DNA of 64,000 nucleotides from Candidatus Latescibacterota bacterium. GTDB taxonomy: Bacteria > Latescibacterota > UBA2968 > UBA8231. The notes under the pieces were generated by a model. That model ran no database searches, was not told the origin of the DNA, and saw only the letters and a list, made by a program, of their open reading frames with translations. The stretch spans positions 4,000,880 to 4,064,879 of the forward strand of contig OY730476.1 of assembly GCA_963422735.1 (NCBI GenBank), in the 5' to 3' direction. Below are positions 17,976-27,355 of this stretch, piece by piece. Made by a program: the position numbers and the translations under genes. The number at the start of each line of letters is the position of its first letter. The first letter of the stretch is position 1.

Positions 17976-20531
17976 TTAAGTGGGAAATTCCTCGTAGTAG
18001 CGGTCAAAGGCCGCAGGTGTACCGCAGATGTAGAGCGCGTCGTCGGGCGCGAGCATCAACGAGGCCGGGATGTCCATGATCACGTCGCCGGCCCGCTCGA
18101 CAGCCACCACCGAGCAGCCCGTGCGCTCGCGGATGCGCGCTGCGAGTGGGTGGCGTCCGGCGAGGGAGCCGGGCCTGAGTTTGACCATCTTGATCCGGGG
18201 CTTGTGCGAAACCGTCTCCCCGAGGACGTGATGGACCAGCAACTGGCCGGCGACTTGGCTGACCGAGAGCGCAAAATCAGCACCGGCGCGCTGCACCCGG
18301 TCTGCGTTTTCAACGTGGGACACGCAGGCCAATAGGGGAATTTCCGGGACGTGATCGCGGACCACTGCCGCGGCGAACAGAGCGGCCCCGTCGCTGTCGA
18401 GGGCGAGGATGACGACCCGTGCCTGTGCAATGGCAGCGCGGTCGAGGACGCGCACGTCGAGCACATCGCCAGCCACATCGACTCCAGTGCTTTCAACCGC
18501 ATCAACCACCCGCACCTCTTCGCCCGCAGCGCGGAGGATCTCGACCAGCTTCTGCCCGACATCGGCAAAGCCAATCACCACAATCGGCCCTTGCTGAGTA
18601 ATCGGCCGGGCCATGTCGTTTAACTTGTGAATGCTCTCGGGCGTACCGACTGCCACCAGAATGGCTCCGGGCCGCAGCTTTTCCGCGGCGGCTGGTGGCA
18701 AGCCGAGTGCGTCTTCCGCCCACTGCCCGACGATGTGGGCACCGGTCCGGGTGTAGAGCTCGGTCTCGGCTAAGGTGCGGTTGGCGAGCGGGCTTTGATC
18801 GTGAACGCGCAGCTCGGCCACTTCGAGGAGCGAGTCGAGTGGCTCTACGCCCGCCACCCGAGGCCCGATCTTCGCACTGGCGCGGACGGCGATCGCCGCA
18901 GCGAGGACGTGATTGGGAGTAAAGGCTGCGGTCGCGCCCGCCAGCAGCATGGGGCCGCGGCGCTGGGGGTGCTCGGTCATCGCCACAATGGGACCGGCGA
19001 AACCCTGCTCGCGGGCACTGAGCGCGAACAGGGCGTTGTCGTCGTCTGGGCCGTTGGCCACCAGTGCCTTCGCCTTGGTCAACGGCCGCAGGTCCAGCGT
19101 CTCCGCCGCTAGATTTGCCTGCACGACCTGCACATCGGCCCTTGTCTGGAGCTGCCGCGCTGTCGCCTCGTCCTCTTCGATTACCACCAGCGGCAGGTAC
19201 CGGCTGGAAAGCTCTTCTATTAAAGTTTCGACTTCTGGCCCGTATCTATAGATGACCACGGCGTTCTCTACTGTGGGTAGGGCGCGTTCGGCTAGGTTCT
19301 CGTCGACGAGTGGAGTACTGAACTTGTCGATCTGGAACACCCCGAGGTGAGTGTCCCCTCCATGCGCCACTCGGCCTTCTAAGAGGACTGAGCAGCCCTT
19401 GAGTGCCAGCGGCGTGAAGAGATTCAACAAGAATGCGGTGAAGATCAAAATGGTAAAGGTCGCCTGATCGATCGCTCCTTGAGCCAAGGCCAGCGATGCC
19501 AAAATAAACGCCATCTCGGCGCGACCGCACATGCCCACGCCCACCGTCAGCGCTTCCCGCCAGGGCATGCCAATGTTCAGTGCCATGCTGCCGGCACTAA
19601 GCACCTGCCCGGCGATGACCGTCACTGCCAAAAGCGCGATGAACGCCACGCCCGACGCGCTAATGTCAAACGAAATGGAAAATCCCAGCGAGATGAAGAA
19701 GATCGGCCCAAGGAACGAATAGGCGATGCCATAGGCGCGGTCGTTTACCACCTTGACTAGGTTGGGGTGGGCGACGCGCTCTTCGAAGAAAAGACCCGCC
19801 AAGTAGGCACCCAAGATCATGTGCAGCCCAATGGCCTCGGCAAAAAGGCCGGCGGCAATGGCGGTGAGCAGCACAAAGGTGAAGCCCTTGCCGCCCTCGG
19901 CGCGGAAGGGCAGAGTGAGGCGGGGATAGACAAGGGTGCCCAAAAGTAGCGCAACCGCGAAGAAACCCACCACCTTGCCCAAGTTGATTGCTAGGTCCAA
20001 GGGGGCAAAGGTGCCGCCGGAGAGTACGCCGGTCACCAGACTAAAAAAGATCAAGGTCAAAAGGTCGTTGATGACGCAGCTAGCGACGATGATCCGCGCA
20101 ATGCGGGTATCGGTCAACCCCAAGTCCTTGAGACTTTTGAGGGTAATTACGACTGCGGTAGCGGTTCCAATGATCAGCCCCACGAAGATAGAGGCGGCAA
20201 TATCCAACCCGAAGAATTGGGCGACAGCAAAGCTGACGGCAAAGGGCACTGCGGCCCCTGCAATCGCCACGCCCAGCGAGCGTTTGAGCGCGTCGAAAAA
20301 CTCGTTGGGTTGGGTCTCTACGCCGGCGTGGAACATCAGAAAGAAAATGCCGATCTCGGCCAACAACTGGATGGCTTCGTCCGGCTCAATCCAACCGAAA
20401 ACCGCTGGTCCCACGAGCACCCCGACGATCAGTTCGCCCATCACCGTCGGCAGGCCCAGCGGGCGCAAGGTCACCGCTACTAGCCAGATCCCGGCGAGCA
20501 GGATGAGTAAATCGAATGCTATATCGTACAT
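17976..20531 (-). CDS. cation:proton antiporter (CPA family) fused to TrkA/RCK regulatory domains
   Basis: 851 aa. N-terminal half is polytopic membrane. C-terminal half has two RCK-like modules (VVIGFADVGQKLVEIL..., TrkA-C-like ends). Confidence 0.85.
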   Translation of the reverse strand: MYDIAFDLLILLAGIWLVAVTLRPLGLPTVMGELIVGVLVGPAVFGWIEPDEAIQLLAEIGIFFLMFHAGVETQPNEFFDALKRSLGVAIAGAAVPFAVSFAVAQFFGLDIAASIFVGLIIGTATAVVITLKSLKDLGLTDTRIARIIVASCVINDLLTLIFFSLVTGVLSGGTFAPLDLAINLGKVVGFFAVALLLGTLVYPRLTLPFRAEGGKGFTFVLLTAIAAGLFAEAIGLHMILGAYLAGLFFEERVAHPNLVKVVNDRAYGIAYSFLGPIFFISLGFSISFDISASGVAFIALLAVTVIAGQVLSAGSMALNIGMPWREALTVGVGMCGRAEMAFILASLALAQGAIDQATFTILIFTAFLLNLFTPLALKGCSVLLEGRVAHGGDTHLGVFQIDKFSTPLVDENLAERALPTVENAVVIYRYGPEVETLIEELSSRYLPLVVIEEDEATARQLQTRADVQVVQANLAAETLDLRPLTKAKALVANGPDDDNALFALSAREQGFAGPIVAMTEHPQRRGPMLLAGATAAFTPNHVLAAAIAVRASAKIGPRVAGVEPLDSLLEVAELRVHDQSPLANRTLAETELYTRTGAHIVGQWAEDALGLPPAAAEKLRPGAILVAVGTPESIHKLNDMARPITQQGPIVVIGFADVGQKLVEILRAAGEEVRVVDAVESTGVDVAGDVLDVRVLDRAAIAQARVVILALDSDGAALFAAAVVRDHVPEIPLLACVSHVENADRVQRAGADFALSVSQVAGQLLVHHVLGETVSHKPRIKMVKLRPGSLAGRHPLAARIRERTGCSVVAVERAGDVIMDIPASLMLAPDDALYICGTPAAFDRYYEEFPT

Positions 20532-20584
20532 GAGCGGAGCCTCTCGTGTTGGTTGCCTTATCTAAGTGATGGTACGCAGCCTTT

Positions 20585-20802
20585 GTCATGCCCCTGCTTA
20601 AAGATACAGGGGCAGGCTCTGCGAAAGCAGGCATCCAGAGTACCCCTCGGCGGCTCAACGACTCGACGGAGCCCGCTGAAGCCCGCCCCCGTGCAGACGG
20701 GGGTCCGCAGCGTATGCAAGGCTGGATTCCTGCTTTGGCGGGAATGACAATGAGGAGCGGCAGGAAGCCGGAGAGCCTGCCCCCGCGTAGGCGGGGGATA
20801 AC
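20585..20802. repeat. MITE-like or REP-like composite palindromic element
   Basis: Left end: GTCATGCCCCtg..caGGGGCAGGCTCT. Reverse complement of right end: GTTATCCCCCgc..gcGGGGCAGGCTCT. Each end contains a hairpin. Internal hairpins: ctgc-gaaa-gcag, ccccgt-gcag-acgggg, ggaatcc/ggattcc. Spurious ORFs across it read IPAKAGIQ / WMPAFAE. Confidence 0.55.
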
Positions 20803-20912
20803 GAATGCGTAACATCGCGTATCTAACTTAAAAAAAGGATACTGCGGCGGGCAAAATTGCGCTTGGTAATTGTACATGTTCGTGTGTTAATTGAAGTGGC
20901 GGTTTCTTAAAC

Positions 20913-22712
20913 GTGAATCAAAACGCTCCCAACATCCACTCCCGCGAAGTGCGCCAAGCCCTTATGTGGTTCGCCGGCGTCCTGTGGCGCGGCGCGCCTT
21001 GGGCCATGGCCGCCAGCGTCTGCGGGCAATTTCTGCCGGCCTTTTTGCCAGCAGCGAGAATCCTAGTCATCAAAGAGCTAGTCGATAGTGTCCACGCGGT
21101 GTACGGCCAAGGGCCGGCCGGGTTTGCGCTAGTCGCGCCGCTGCTGGTCTGGTTGGCTGGACTGCGGTTGTTGGAGGCGATGCTTTCGGCGGTACGGGGA
21201 CACGCGGCGGCCGTGGTGCGGGAGAAGACGAGTTGGAAGTTGCAGGAGCGGGTGCTTGAGCAGGCGGCGCGGGTGGGGCTGGACGAGTTTGAGTATCGGG
21301 AATTTTTCGACCGCATGCAGCGGGCACTACAGGCGGCGTACTTCCGGGCCTACGGCATCTTCCGGGATGCGATGTCCACGCTCGAAAGCGCGATTGTGCT
21401 CTGCACCTTGATCGCGCTCTTTGCGACCGGGCACTGGTCGATCCCGGTGGTGCTGTTCTTGGGCACGGTCCCGGTCTTCTATACCCAAATGCGGCGAGGC
21501 CGCGAAATCTACGCGCTCTTCCACGAGCAGACGCCCGAGCAGCGCCGCGCCGAGTACTTGGTGGGTCTGATGACCGACCGCGACGCCGCCAAAGAGATCC
21601 GGCTCTACGGGTTGGGCGACTTCCTTGGCCGCACTTGGGAGGCCCTGGCACACACGCTCAGGCGGCAGCGCTTCCGGCTGACGCTGCAACAGCAGCGCTA
21701 TCTGTTCGGCGGGCGGCTAAGCGGCATCGGCTCGGCACTGTTGGCGCTGGTCATCCTGCTCTATCAAGCCGCCTATGGTGCCTTGACCTTGGGGGGATTT
21801 TTCGCTTTAGCCGAGACCATCGTGCGCTTTCAGGGGACCCTCTTCCAGATGCTCAGGCAGATGGGCGACGTCTTTGAGCAGGCACTCTATATCCGGGACT
21901 TGCGCTCGTTTGTGGAGTCGCCGACCGAGCAGGGAGCAGGATGGGAAGAGTTCCCCGAGCAGCCGCTGGACATCGCTGTCGAGGGGTTGGAGTTTGCCTA
22001 CGGCGACGGGCCGCCGGTACTCAACGGGGTCGAACTGCGGCTCAGGCCCGGGGAGAAGCTGGCGCTGGTGGGTGCCAACGGAGCTGGCAAAACGACCTTG
22101 GTCAGGCTGCTTCTGGGACTGTATCCGCCGGGTGAGGGGCGGGTGCTCTACAATGGAGTAGATGGACGCCGGATTGACCCGGAGGTATTGCGGCGGCGCT
22201 GTGCGGCCGTTTTTCAAGACTTTGTGCAGTATCAGCGCACAGCACGGGAGAATATTGGCTATGGGCAGGCCGAGGAACTGGGCGACCAAGCCCGGGTGGA
22301 GCGAGCGGCGCAGGCGGGCGGGAGTGCGCCGATAGTAGAGTCACTGGCCACGCGCTACGACGCGACCTTGGGGCGTTACTTCGAGGGGGGACAAGACCTA
22401 TCGCGCGGACAGTGGCAGAAGCTGGCGCTGTCGCGTGCCTATTTCCGCGACGCACAGCTTCTGGTCTTCGACGAGCCGACGGCGGCGCTGGATCCGCGGG
22501 CCGAGTTGGAGGTCTTTCGCCAGTTTCGCGCTTTGAGCGAGGGCAAGTCGGCCGTTTTCGTCTCGCACCGCATGGCCTCGGCCCGGGTGGCCGACCGCAT
22601 CCTAGTCTTGGATAGGGGCCGGGTATTGGAAGAGGGGACTCACGATGAGCTGATGGCACGCGGGGGCGAATACGCGCGGATGTTTGCGCTGCAAGCGCAG
22701 GGGTACCAATGA
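20913..22712 (+). CDS. ABC transporter permease/ATP-binding fusion (exporter half-transporter)
   Basis: 599 aa. Walker A GANGAGKTTL, signature LSRGQWQK, Walker B LLVFDEPTAALD. The GTG start is uncertain. Confidence 0.9.
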   Translation: MNQNAPNIHSREVRQALMWFAGVLWRGAPWAMAASVCGQFLPAFLPAARILVIKELVDSVHAVYGQGPAGFALVAPLLVWLAGLRLLEAMLSAVRGHAAAVVREKTSWKLQERVLEQAARVGLDEFEYREFFDRMQRALQAAYFRAYGIFRDAMSTLESAIVLCTLIALFATGHWSIPVVLFLGTVPVFYTQMRRGREIYALFHEQTPEQRRAEYLVGLMTDRDAAKEIRLYGLGDFLGRTWEALAHTLRRQRFRLTLQQQRYLFGGRLSGIGSALLALVILLYQAAYGALTLGGFFALAETIVRFQGTLFQMLRQMGDVFEQALYIRDLRSFVESPTEQGAGWEEFPEQPLDIAVEGLEFAYGDGPPVLNGVELRLRPGEKLALVGANGAGKTTLVRLLLGLYPPGEGRVLYNGVDGRRIDPEVLRRRCAAVFQDFVQYQRTARENIGYGQAEELGDQARVERAAQAGGSAPIVESLATRYDATLGRYFEGGQDLSRGQWQKLALSRAYFRDAQLLVFDEPTAALDPRAELEVFRQFRALSEGKSAVFVSHRMASARVADRILVLDRGRVLEEGTHDELMARGGEYARMFALQAQGYQ

Positions 22713-24472
22713 GTCTCTTGCCTAGGATGCTTAAAGAGGTGCTACAAGTCCATCCCTTGGGGGTGGGTGGGTTGGCGGCGCTGGCGCTGGTTGGCTCCCT
22801 GCTGCCAGCGGTAGAATTGTGGCTGACCGGGCGGATCGTCGATGAGCTGGCTGCGGTATTGGGCGAGGGACGAGCGGCTTTTTTGCAGGTCCTGCCCTAT
22901 GTCGGCGGCTTTTTCGGTACGCTCTTTGCCTATATGCTGCTAGATATGGCGCGGGCGATCTTACAAGTCGATGTGCAAGAAAAAATCGGCGTGCGGATGC
23001 AGCGCCGAGTCATCGACAAGGTGCAAAAAGTCGAGCTGGCCAGCTTTGAGCATCCCGCGTTCTACGATGCGCTCAAGCGGGCCAACGAGGATCTGAGTGG
23101 TCGGCTCCTGAGCCTGATCAATGTGGTGCTGGACGTCATCGGCTCACTCGGGGGACTGGGCGCGATTGTGGGGGTGATGCTAACTGGGCACTGGGCGCTG
23201 GGACCAATGGTGGTGATCGGTTCGGTGCCGGGGGTGTGGGTGATGATGCGGATGAGCAAAAAGACGCACTACGTCTATCGCGAACGCACGCCGCAGTACC
23301 GCGAAACAGCCTATTTCCGCGAGCTGATGACCGAGCGCGAACAGGCGATGGAGGTGCGGCTGTTCACCCTGCGCGACCATCTGCTCGACACGTGGCGCGA
23401 GAAAGTGGTTGCCCTCGCAAAAGAGCGACGCGGGCTAGAGACCAAACAGGCATGGCTCGGCGGGCTGACCTCCAGCATTGACGGCTGGGCCTACGTGGGT
23501 TGCCTGACGATCTTGGCCTCGATGGTGGCCGGGGCGCAATTGACGATTGGCCAGTACGGGATGCTGACACGGGCGGTACAGCAGTTTACTTGGCGGCTCG
23601 AAGGGATCATGCGCTCGCTGAGCACGCTGCACGAGGAGTCCCTTTACTTGGGGGATCTCTATGAGTTTTTCAGCTTGGTGGCCCCGGAGGAATCCGCAGG
23701 GCCGACAGACGCGAGCGGGACGCTAGCAAGGGAACATTTGCCGCTGCGCTTTGAGAAGGTGTCCTTCCACTATCCGGGCGGTGAAGAGGTACTCGAAGAT
23801 ATCGACTTGGAAATTCGCCCGGGCGAGCGGGTCGCGCTAGTGGGCGAAAACGGGGCTGGCAAGACGACCTTGGTCAAGCTGATGATGGGGCTTTACCAGC
23901 CGACAAGCGGACAAATTCTGCTCGGCGACAAGCCGCTACAGGATTGGCCGCTGGAGCGGGTCCGGCGGCTTTTTGCGGCCGTCTTCCAAGACTTCGTGCG
24001 CTTCCAGTTTTCGGTGCGCGACAATATCGCCTTCGGTGCGTTGGGCGAGCAGGCGGCCGTCGAGCAGGCGGCCGAGTGGGCGGGGGCGGCCGAGTTTATA
24101 GCCGAACTACCCGACCAGTACCGGACCCTGTTGGGCAAGGAGCTGGGGGGCGCGGATCTATCGATCGGGCAGTGGCAGAAGCTGGCGACAGCTAGGGCAC
24201 TGGTGAGGACGGCCGAGTTCGTGGTGCTGGACGAGCCGACAGCGGCGCTGGACCCCAAAGCCGAAGCAGAAGTCTATCGACACTTTGGGGAGATGACCAG
24301 AGGCAAAGCCTCGGTGTTGATTTCGCACCGGCTAGGTGCAGCGAGGATCGCCGACCGAATCTTGGTACTCAAAGGAGGGCAACTCATCGAGCAAGGGACG
24401 CACGAGGCATTGATGCGGAAAGGCGGAGAGTACAGCCGCTTGTTCAGCCTACAAGCTCAATGGTACGAATAA
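22709..24472 (+). CDS. ABC transporter permease/ATP-binding fusion (partner half-transporter)
   Basis: 587 aa. GENGAGKTTL, LSIGQWQK, FVVLDEPTAALD. 4-nt overlap with the upstream gene. Confidence 0.9.
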   Translation: MSLLPRMLKEVLQVHPLGVGGLAALALVGSLLPAVELWLTGRIVDELAAVLGEGRAAFLQVLPYVGGFFGTLFAYMLLDMARAILQVDVQEKIGVRMQRRVIDKVQKVELASFEHPAFYDALKRANEDLSGRLLSLINVVLDVIGSLGGLGAIVGVMLTGHWALGPMVVIGSVPGVWVMMRMSKKTHYVYRERTPQYRETAYFRELMTEREQAMEVRLFTLRDHLLDTWREKVVALAKERRGLETKQAWLGGLTSSIDGWAYVGCLTILASMVAGAQLTIGQYGMLTRAVQQFTWRLEGIMRSLSTLHEESLYLGDLYEFFSLVAPEESAGPTDASGTLAREHLPLRFEKVSFHYPGGEEVLEDIDLEIRPGERVALVGENGAGKTTLVKLMMGLYQPTSGQILLGDKPLQDWPLERVRRLFAAVFQDFVRFQFSVRDNIAFGALGEQAAVEQAAEWAGAAEFIAELPDQYRTLLGKELGGADLSIGQWQKLATARALVRTAEFVVLDEPTAALDPKAEAEVYRHFGEMTRGKASVLISHRLGAARIADRILVLKGGQLIEQGTHEALMRKGGEYSRLFSLQAQWYE

Positions 24473-24474
24473 AA

Positions 24475-24744
24475 CTAGCGCCGTCGGCCTCTCCGGGGCT
24501 TGCCGCGCGGGCGCGCGGAGGGGCGTGCGGCCATTTCCGCGACTACCATGTCAAAGCCCTTGAGATGTTGCCCGTTGAGCATGTCGATAGCCTCGCGGGC
24601 CGCGGCCTTGCTGGGCATGTCGATTTGGCCCCAGCGGCGGCGCGGGTCGATAGTTACAGCGGCGACAGCCCCGAACAACTCGAACAGTGTGCGGAGGTCG
24701 TCCTCGGTGGTGCCAGCAGATAGATTATCAACGCGAATCTTCAT
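24475..24744 (-). CDS. RRM-type RNA-binding protein
   Basis: MKIRVDNLSAGTTEDDLRTLFELFG... with a Gly/Arg-rich basic tail. Confidence 0.7.
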   Translation of the reverse strand: MKIRVDNLSAGTTEDDLRTLFELFGAVAAVTIDPRRRWGQIDMPSKAAAREAIDMLNGQHLKGFDMVVAEMAARPSARPRGKPRRGRRR

Positions 24745-24751
24745 TCAAACT

Positions 24752-24790
24752 CCAAAAATAAAAGGGAGTGATGCAGTGTACATCACCCCC
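24752..24790 (-). terminator. intrinsic terminator after csp
   Basis: Minus sense: gggggtgatg-tacactg-catcactccc followed by ttttattttt. It lies between csp and the RRM gene. Confidence 0.65.
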
Positions 24791-24813
24791 TTTTGCGCTA
24801 TATAAGGCCGGGC

Positions 24814-25023
24814 CTAAAGTGGTACGACGCTCTCAGCCGCCGGGCCTTTCTTGCCCTGAACGACTTCAAACTCCACCGGCTGCCCGTCGGACAAGGTGCG
24901 AAAACCCTCGGCCCGGATCGCGCTGTGATGGACGAAAACATCTTCGCCGCTCTCACGCTCGATAAATCCGAAGCCCTTCGCGTCGTTGAACCACTTTACG
25001 GTTCCCTTCTCGCGATCTGCCAT
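24814..25023 (-). CDS. csp: cold-shock protein (CspA family)
   Basis: [36 protein letters not shown] (RNP1/RNP2 motifs). ORF trimmed to ATG 25023. Confidence 0.95.
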   Translation of the reverse strand: MADREKGTVKWFNDAKGFGFIERESGEDVFVHHSAIRAEGFRTLSDGQPVEFEVVQGKKGPAAESVVPL

Positions 25024-25076
25024 GGGTAAAATCCTTTGCAATGTGCGGTTAGAGCAGGACGTGCGAATAACTTTGA

Positions 25077-25142
25077 GTAGGAATCTACTGCTTCAGGCTT
25101 TTCGGTAGGAAAACTACATCAGGCCCGGGGGTAGGAATCTAC
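25077..25142 (-). promoter_or_regulatory. three copies of a GTAG-N4/5-CTAC mini-palindrome in the presumed csp 5' UTR
   Basis: gtaggaatctac at 25077-25088, gtaggaaaactac at 25105-25117, gtaggaatctac at 25131-25142. Confidence 0.4.
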
Positions 25143-25424
25143 GCGGATCCGAACGACTGCCAACATGGTCCATGAACGCCCCTACAACTATTGCAGAGAC
25201 AAGCGATGGGCTAAATATAGTCAATCTCAGCCGCAGCACAAGAAGCTAATTCGCCTGCCGCCGGGCCGTCCAACCTGCCCAGACCCAGACCTTCCCCTCC
25301 ACTCCCTAGTTTGGAGTTGGCACTGCGGCCTCTATATTAAAGGAATTTACAACCGGATAGACGGCCTCAATCCCGTTTATCCGGTCCATCCACGTCGCAC
25401 AAATGGAAAGGAAACAGACGGCTA

Positions 25425-26117
25425 ATGAGCGCAACCGGACCGGGGTTTGCCGCCGAAGACCTAAGCCTCTTCGCGCGGATACAGCGCGTGTTTTACGCGC
25501 CGCGGACGGCTTTTGCCGCAGTGCGCTTCCAAGAGAGCGCACGCGACTGGTTGGTACCGGCGCTCTTGGTTTGTGCGGTGGGGCTTGGTGCCCATCACCT
25601 GACCGTACAGCAGCAGCTAGAGAGCTTGAACGAGGTCGAGCGGCAGCGCGTAGAGGCGTTCCAAGCGCATAGCTGGATGGCGATCCCGGTGGGGCTTTTT
25701 GCTTCTTTAGTCGTGGTCGGGGGCGTACTTTTAGCACTGGCGCGTTCCGTTTCCCAAGCCGAAGTCAGCTACCGGCAAATGCTGATAGTCAAAGCGTATG
25801 CGGCGTTGGTGGTGGCCGTCGAGTGGGCAGTGCGGGCGGTGCTGGTGCTGGCGACGGGCGACATCGGGGCGCATCTGGGGTTGGGTCTCTTGCTGTCCGA
25901 TGCGGCCGCAGCCACGTTTGGCGGCCGCATCCTTACGGCCCTCAATCCCTTTGACCTGTGGCAGATTGGGATCATGGGCGTTGGCTTGAACGCGCTGGCC
26001 GACGCGCCCGTGCGCAAGGCGACCCTCTCGCTTGGGCTTCTGTGGCTGTTCTGGTTAATCGGCGGGGTCGTCCTCGAGACCATCGGCCAAAGCGCGCTCC
26101 CACCACCTCCCAAATAA
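25425..26117 (+). CDS. Yip1-like polytopic membrane protein
   Basis: 230 aa with N-terminal FARIQRVFYAPRTAFAAV followed by about 5 hydrophobic segments. Family call is tentative. Confidence 0.5.
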   Translation: MSATGPGFAAEDLSLFARIQRVFYAPRTAFAAVRFQESARDWLVPALLVCAVGLGAHHLTVQQQLESLNEVERQRVEAFQAHSWMAIPVGLFASLVVVGGVLLALARSVSQAEVSYRQMLIVKAYAALVVAVEWAVRAVLVLATGDIGAHLGLGLLLSDAAAATFGGRILTALNPFDLWQIGIMGVGLNALADAPVRKATLSLGLLWLFWLIGGVVLETIGQSALPPPPK

Positions 26118-27020
26118 AATCACAGCGCCGTCGTCGCTTTTACGACCTTCATCTATCCTGCTGCTGTCCGCGGAGATGGAGAAACCTTGCTCAAAGCCTT
26201 GTTGCGCCCCAATCCCATCTGCGCTCCCGTGCTCTCGGCCGCCAAGCACGAAGTGCAGGTCCTCTATACGCAAATCGACCGCGACGCCGGTTTGTGGGGC
26301 AGCAGCGGATGAACGAAGGACTGTGGGAGAAGGGGTGGCCCAGATGTGCGCCTGACGCACCGACTCGCCATCGTGCGCTCGCCCGAGGGCGAATCCGTTG
26401 GCCTTCTACCGAGGAACCAAATCCTCTACCAGCAGCCCATGCTGGTCAATCCGCATACGTGGCGCATGCCCGAGCCGATTCTCAAGGGCGAGGGACACAT
26501 CCAACGCGCCCAAGGATTTCGCTGGGTCGAACCACATGTCAGTGGAAGTATTACAAGACCTACTCATAGCGGTATTTTTCCCCGAGGAGTTGCCCGCCAA
26601 ACGGTACTTCGACCTACGACCCGACGCCTACCGCTTCCTCTATCGCGCCATGTCTATGTTGCCGTGCGAGTGCCCCCACCCCCAATACGACCCAAAAAAA
26701 TACTGCGACAGCTATGTAAAATTCTTCCTGTTCGGCGACAGCAAGGCACCCATGCCCGACTCGGTGCGGATCTTCATGGTCTATGGGTATGTAACGGAAA
26801 CGCCCATATCGTGGACTTTGAGCCCAGAGTCGAGTTTTTGCTAACAGCCGTGGTACTAGTAAACGAAAACGGCATTTTGAACGGCGGGGACTACAAGTAC
26901 GACGCGGTGGGACTGCTGTTTTTGGCCGAACTAGGCCGGGTCATATACAAATACGAGTTGGAGCGAAAACGAGCGCACCGGCCGGATTTGAGCAAGTGGA
27001 AGGTCAACTACGGGCCATGA
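26118..27020 (+). pseudogene. class-A-beta-lactamase-related serine hydrolase remnant (no start, frameshifts, catalytic region missing)
   Basis: Frame a: ...LLKALLRPNPICAPVLSAAKHEVQVLYTQIDRDAGL..* (stop 26310). Frame b: ...FFPEELPAKRYFDLRPDAYRFLYRAMSMLPCECPHPQYDPKKYCDSYVKFFLFGDSKAPMPDSVRIFMVYGY. Frame a again: NGNAHIVDFEPRVEFLLTAVVLVNENGILNGGDYKYDAVGLLFLAELGRVIYKYELERK. No SxxK block is seen. Confidence 0.55.
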
Positions 27021-27070
27021 TCGAGATTAGTTAGAAACTGTTGACAAAATGCACACATTATATAGCGTAC

Positions 27071-27355
27071 ATGATCAGCTTTGAATGGAACACGGAGAAG
27101 AACCAACAACTCGCCGAGCAGCGAGGGATCTCATTCGAACGCGTCGTCTCTGCGATTTAGCATGGCGGTCTGGTGGATGTGCTGGAGCATCCGAACCAAG
27201 AGCACTATCCAGGGCAGCTAATCTACGCCGTAGCCATCGAGGAGTACATTTACATCGTCCCTTTCGTAACAGAGGCGGACGGTACGCGATTCCTGAAGAC
27301 GATCATCCCCAGCCGCAAGGCGACACGAGATTATCAGAGGAGGCGATCATCGTGA
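27071..27355 (+). pseudogene. brnT: BrnT-like (DUF497) toxin with in-frame TAG
   Basis: MISFEWNTEKNQQLAEQRGISFERVVSAI * HGGLVDVLEHPNQEHYPGQLIYAVAIEEYIYIVPFVTEADGTRFLKTIIPSRKATRDY. The TAG is at 27158-27160, in frame with ORF 27173-27355. Confidence 0.7.

Noticed and set aside
20386-20877. 163-aa ORF across the antiporter/ABC intergenic region
   Set aside because: It is a translation of the palindromic repeat element (IPAKAGIQ / PAFAE-type artefact peptides), not a gene.
20532-20912. c-di-AMP (ydaO-type) or another riboswitch in the leader of the cation/proton antiporter
   Set aside because: No recognisable conserved riboswitch core. The hairpins are explained by a MITE-like element with matching terminal inverted repeats.
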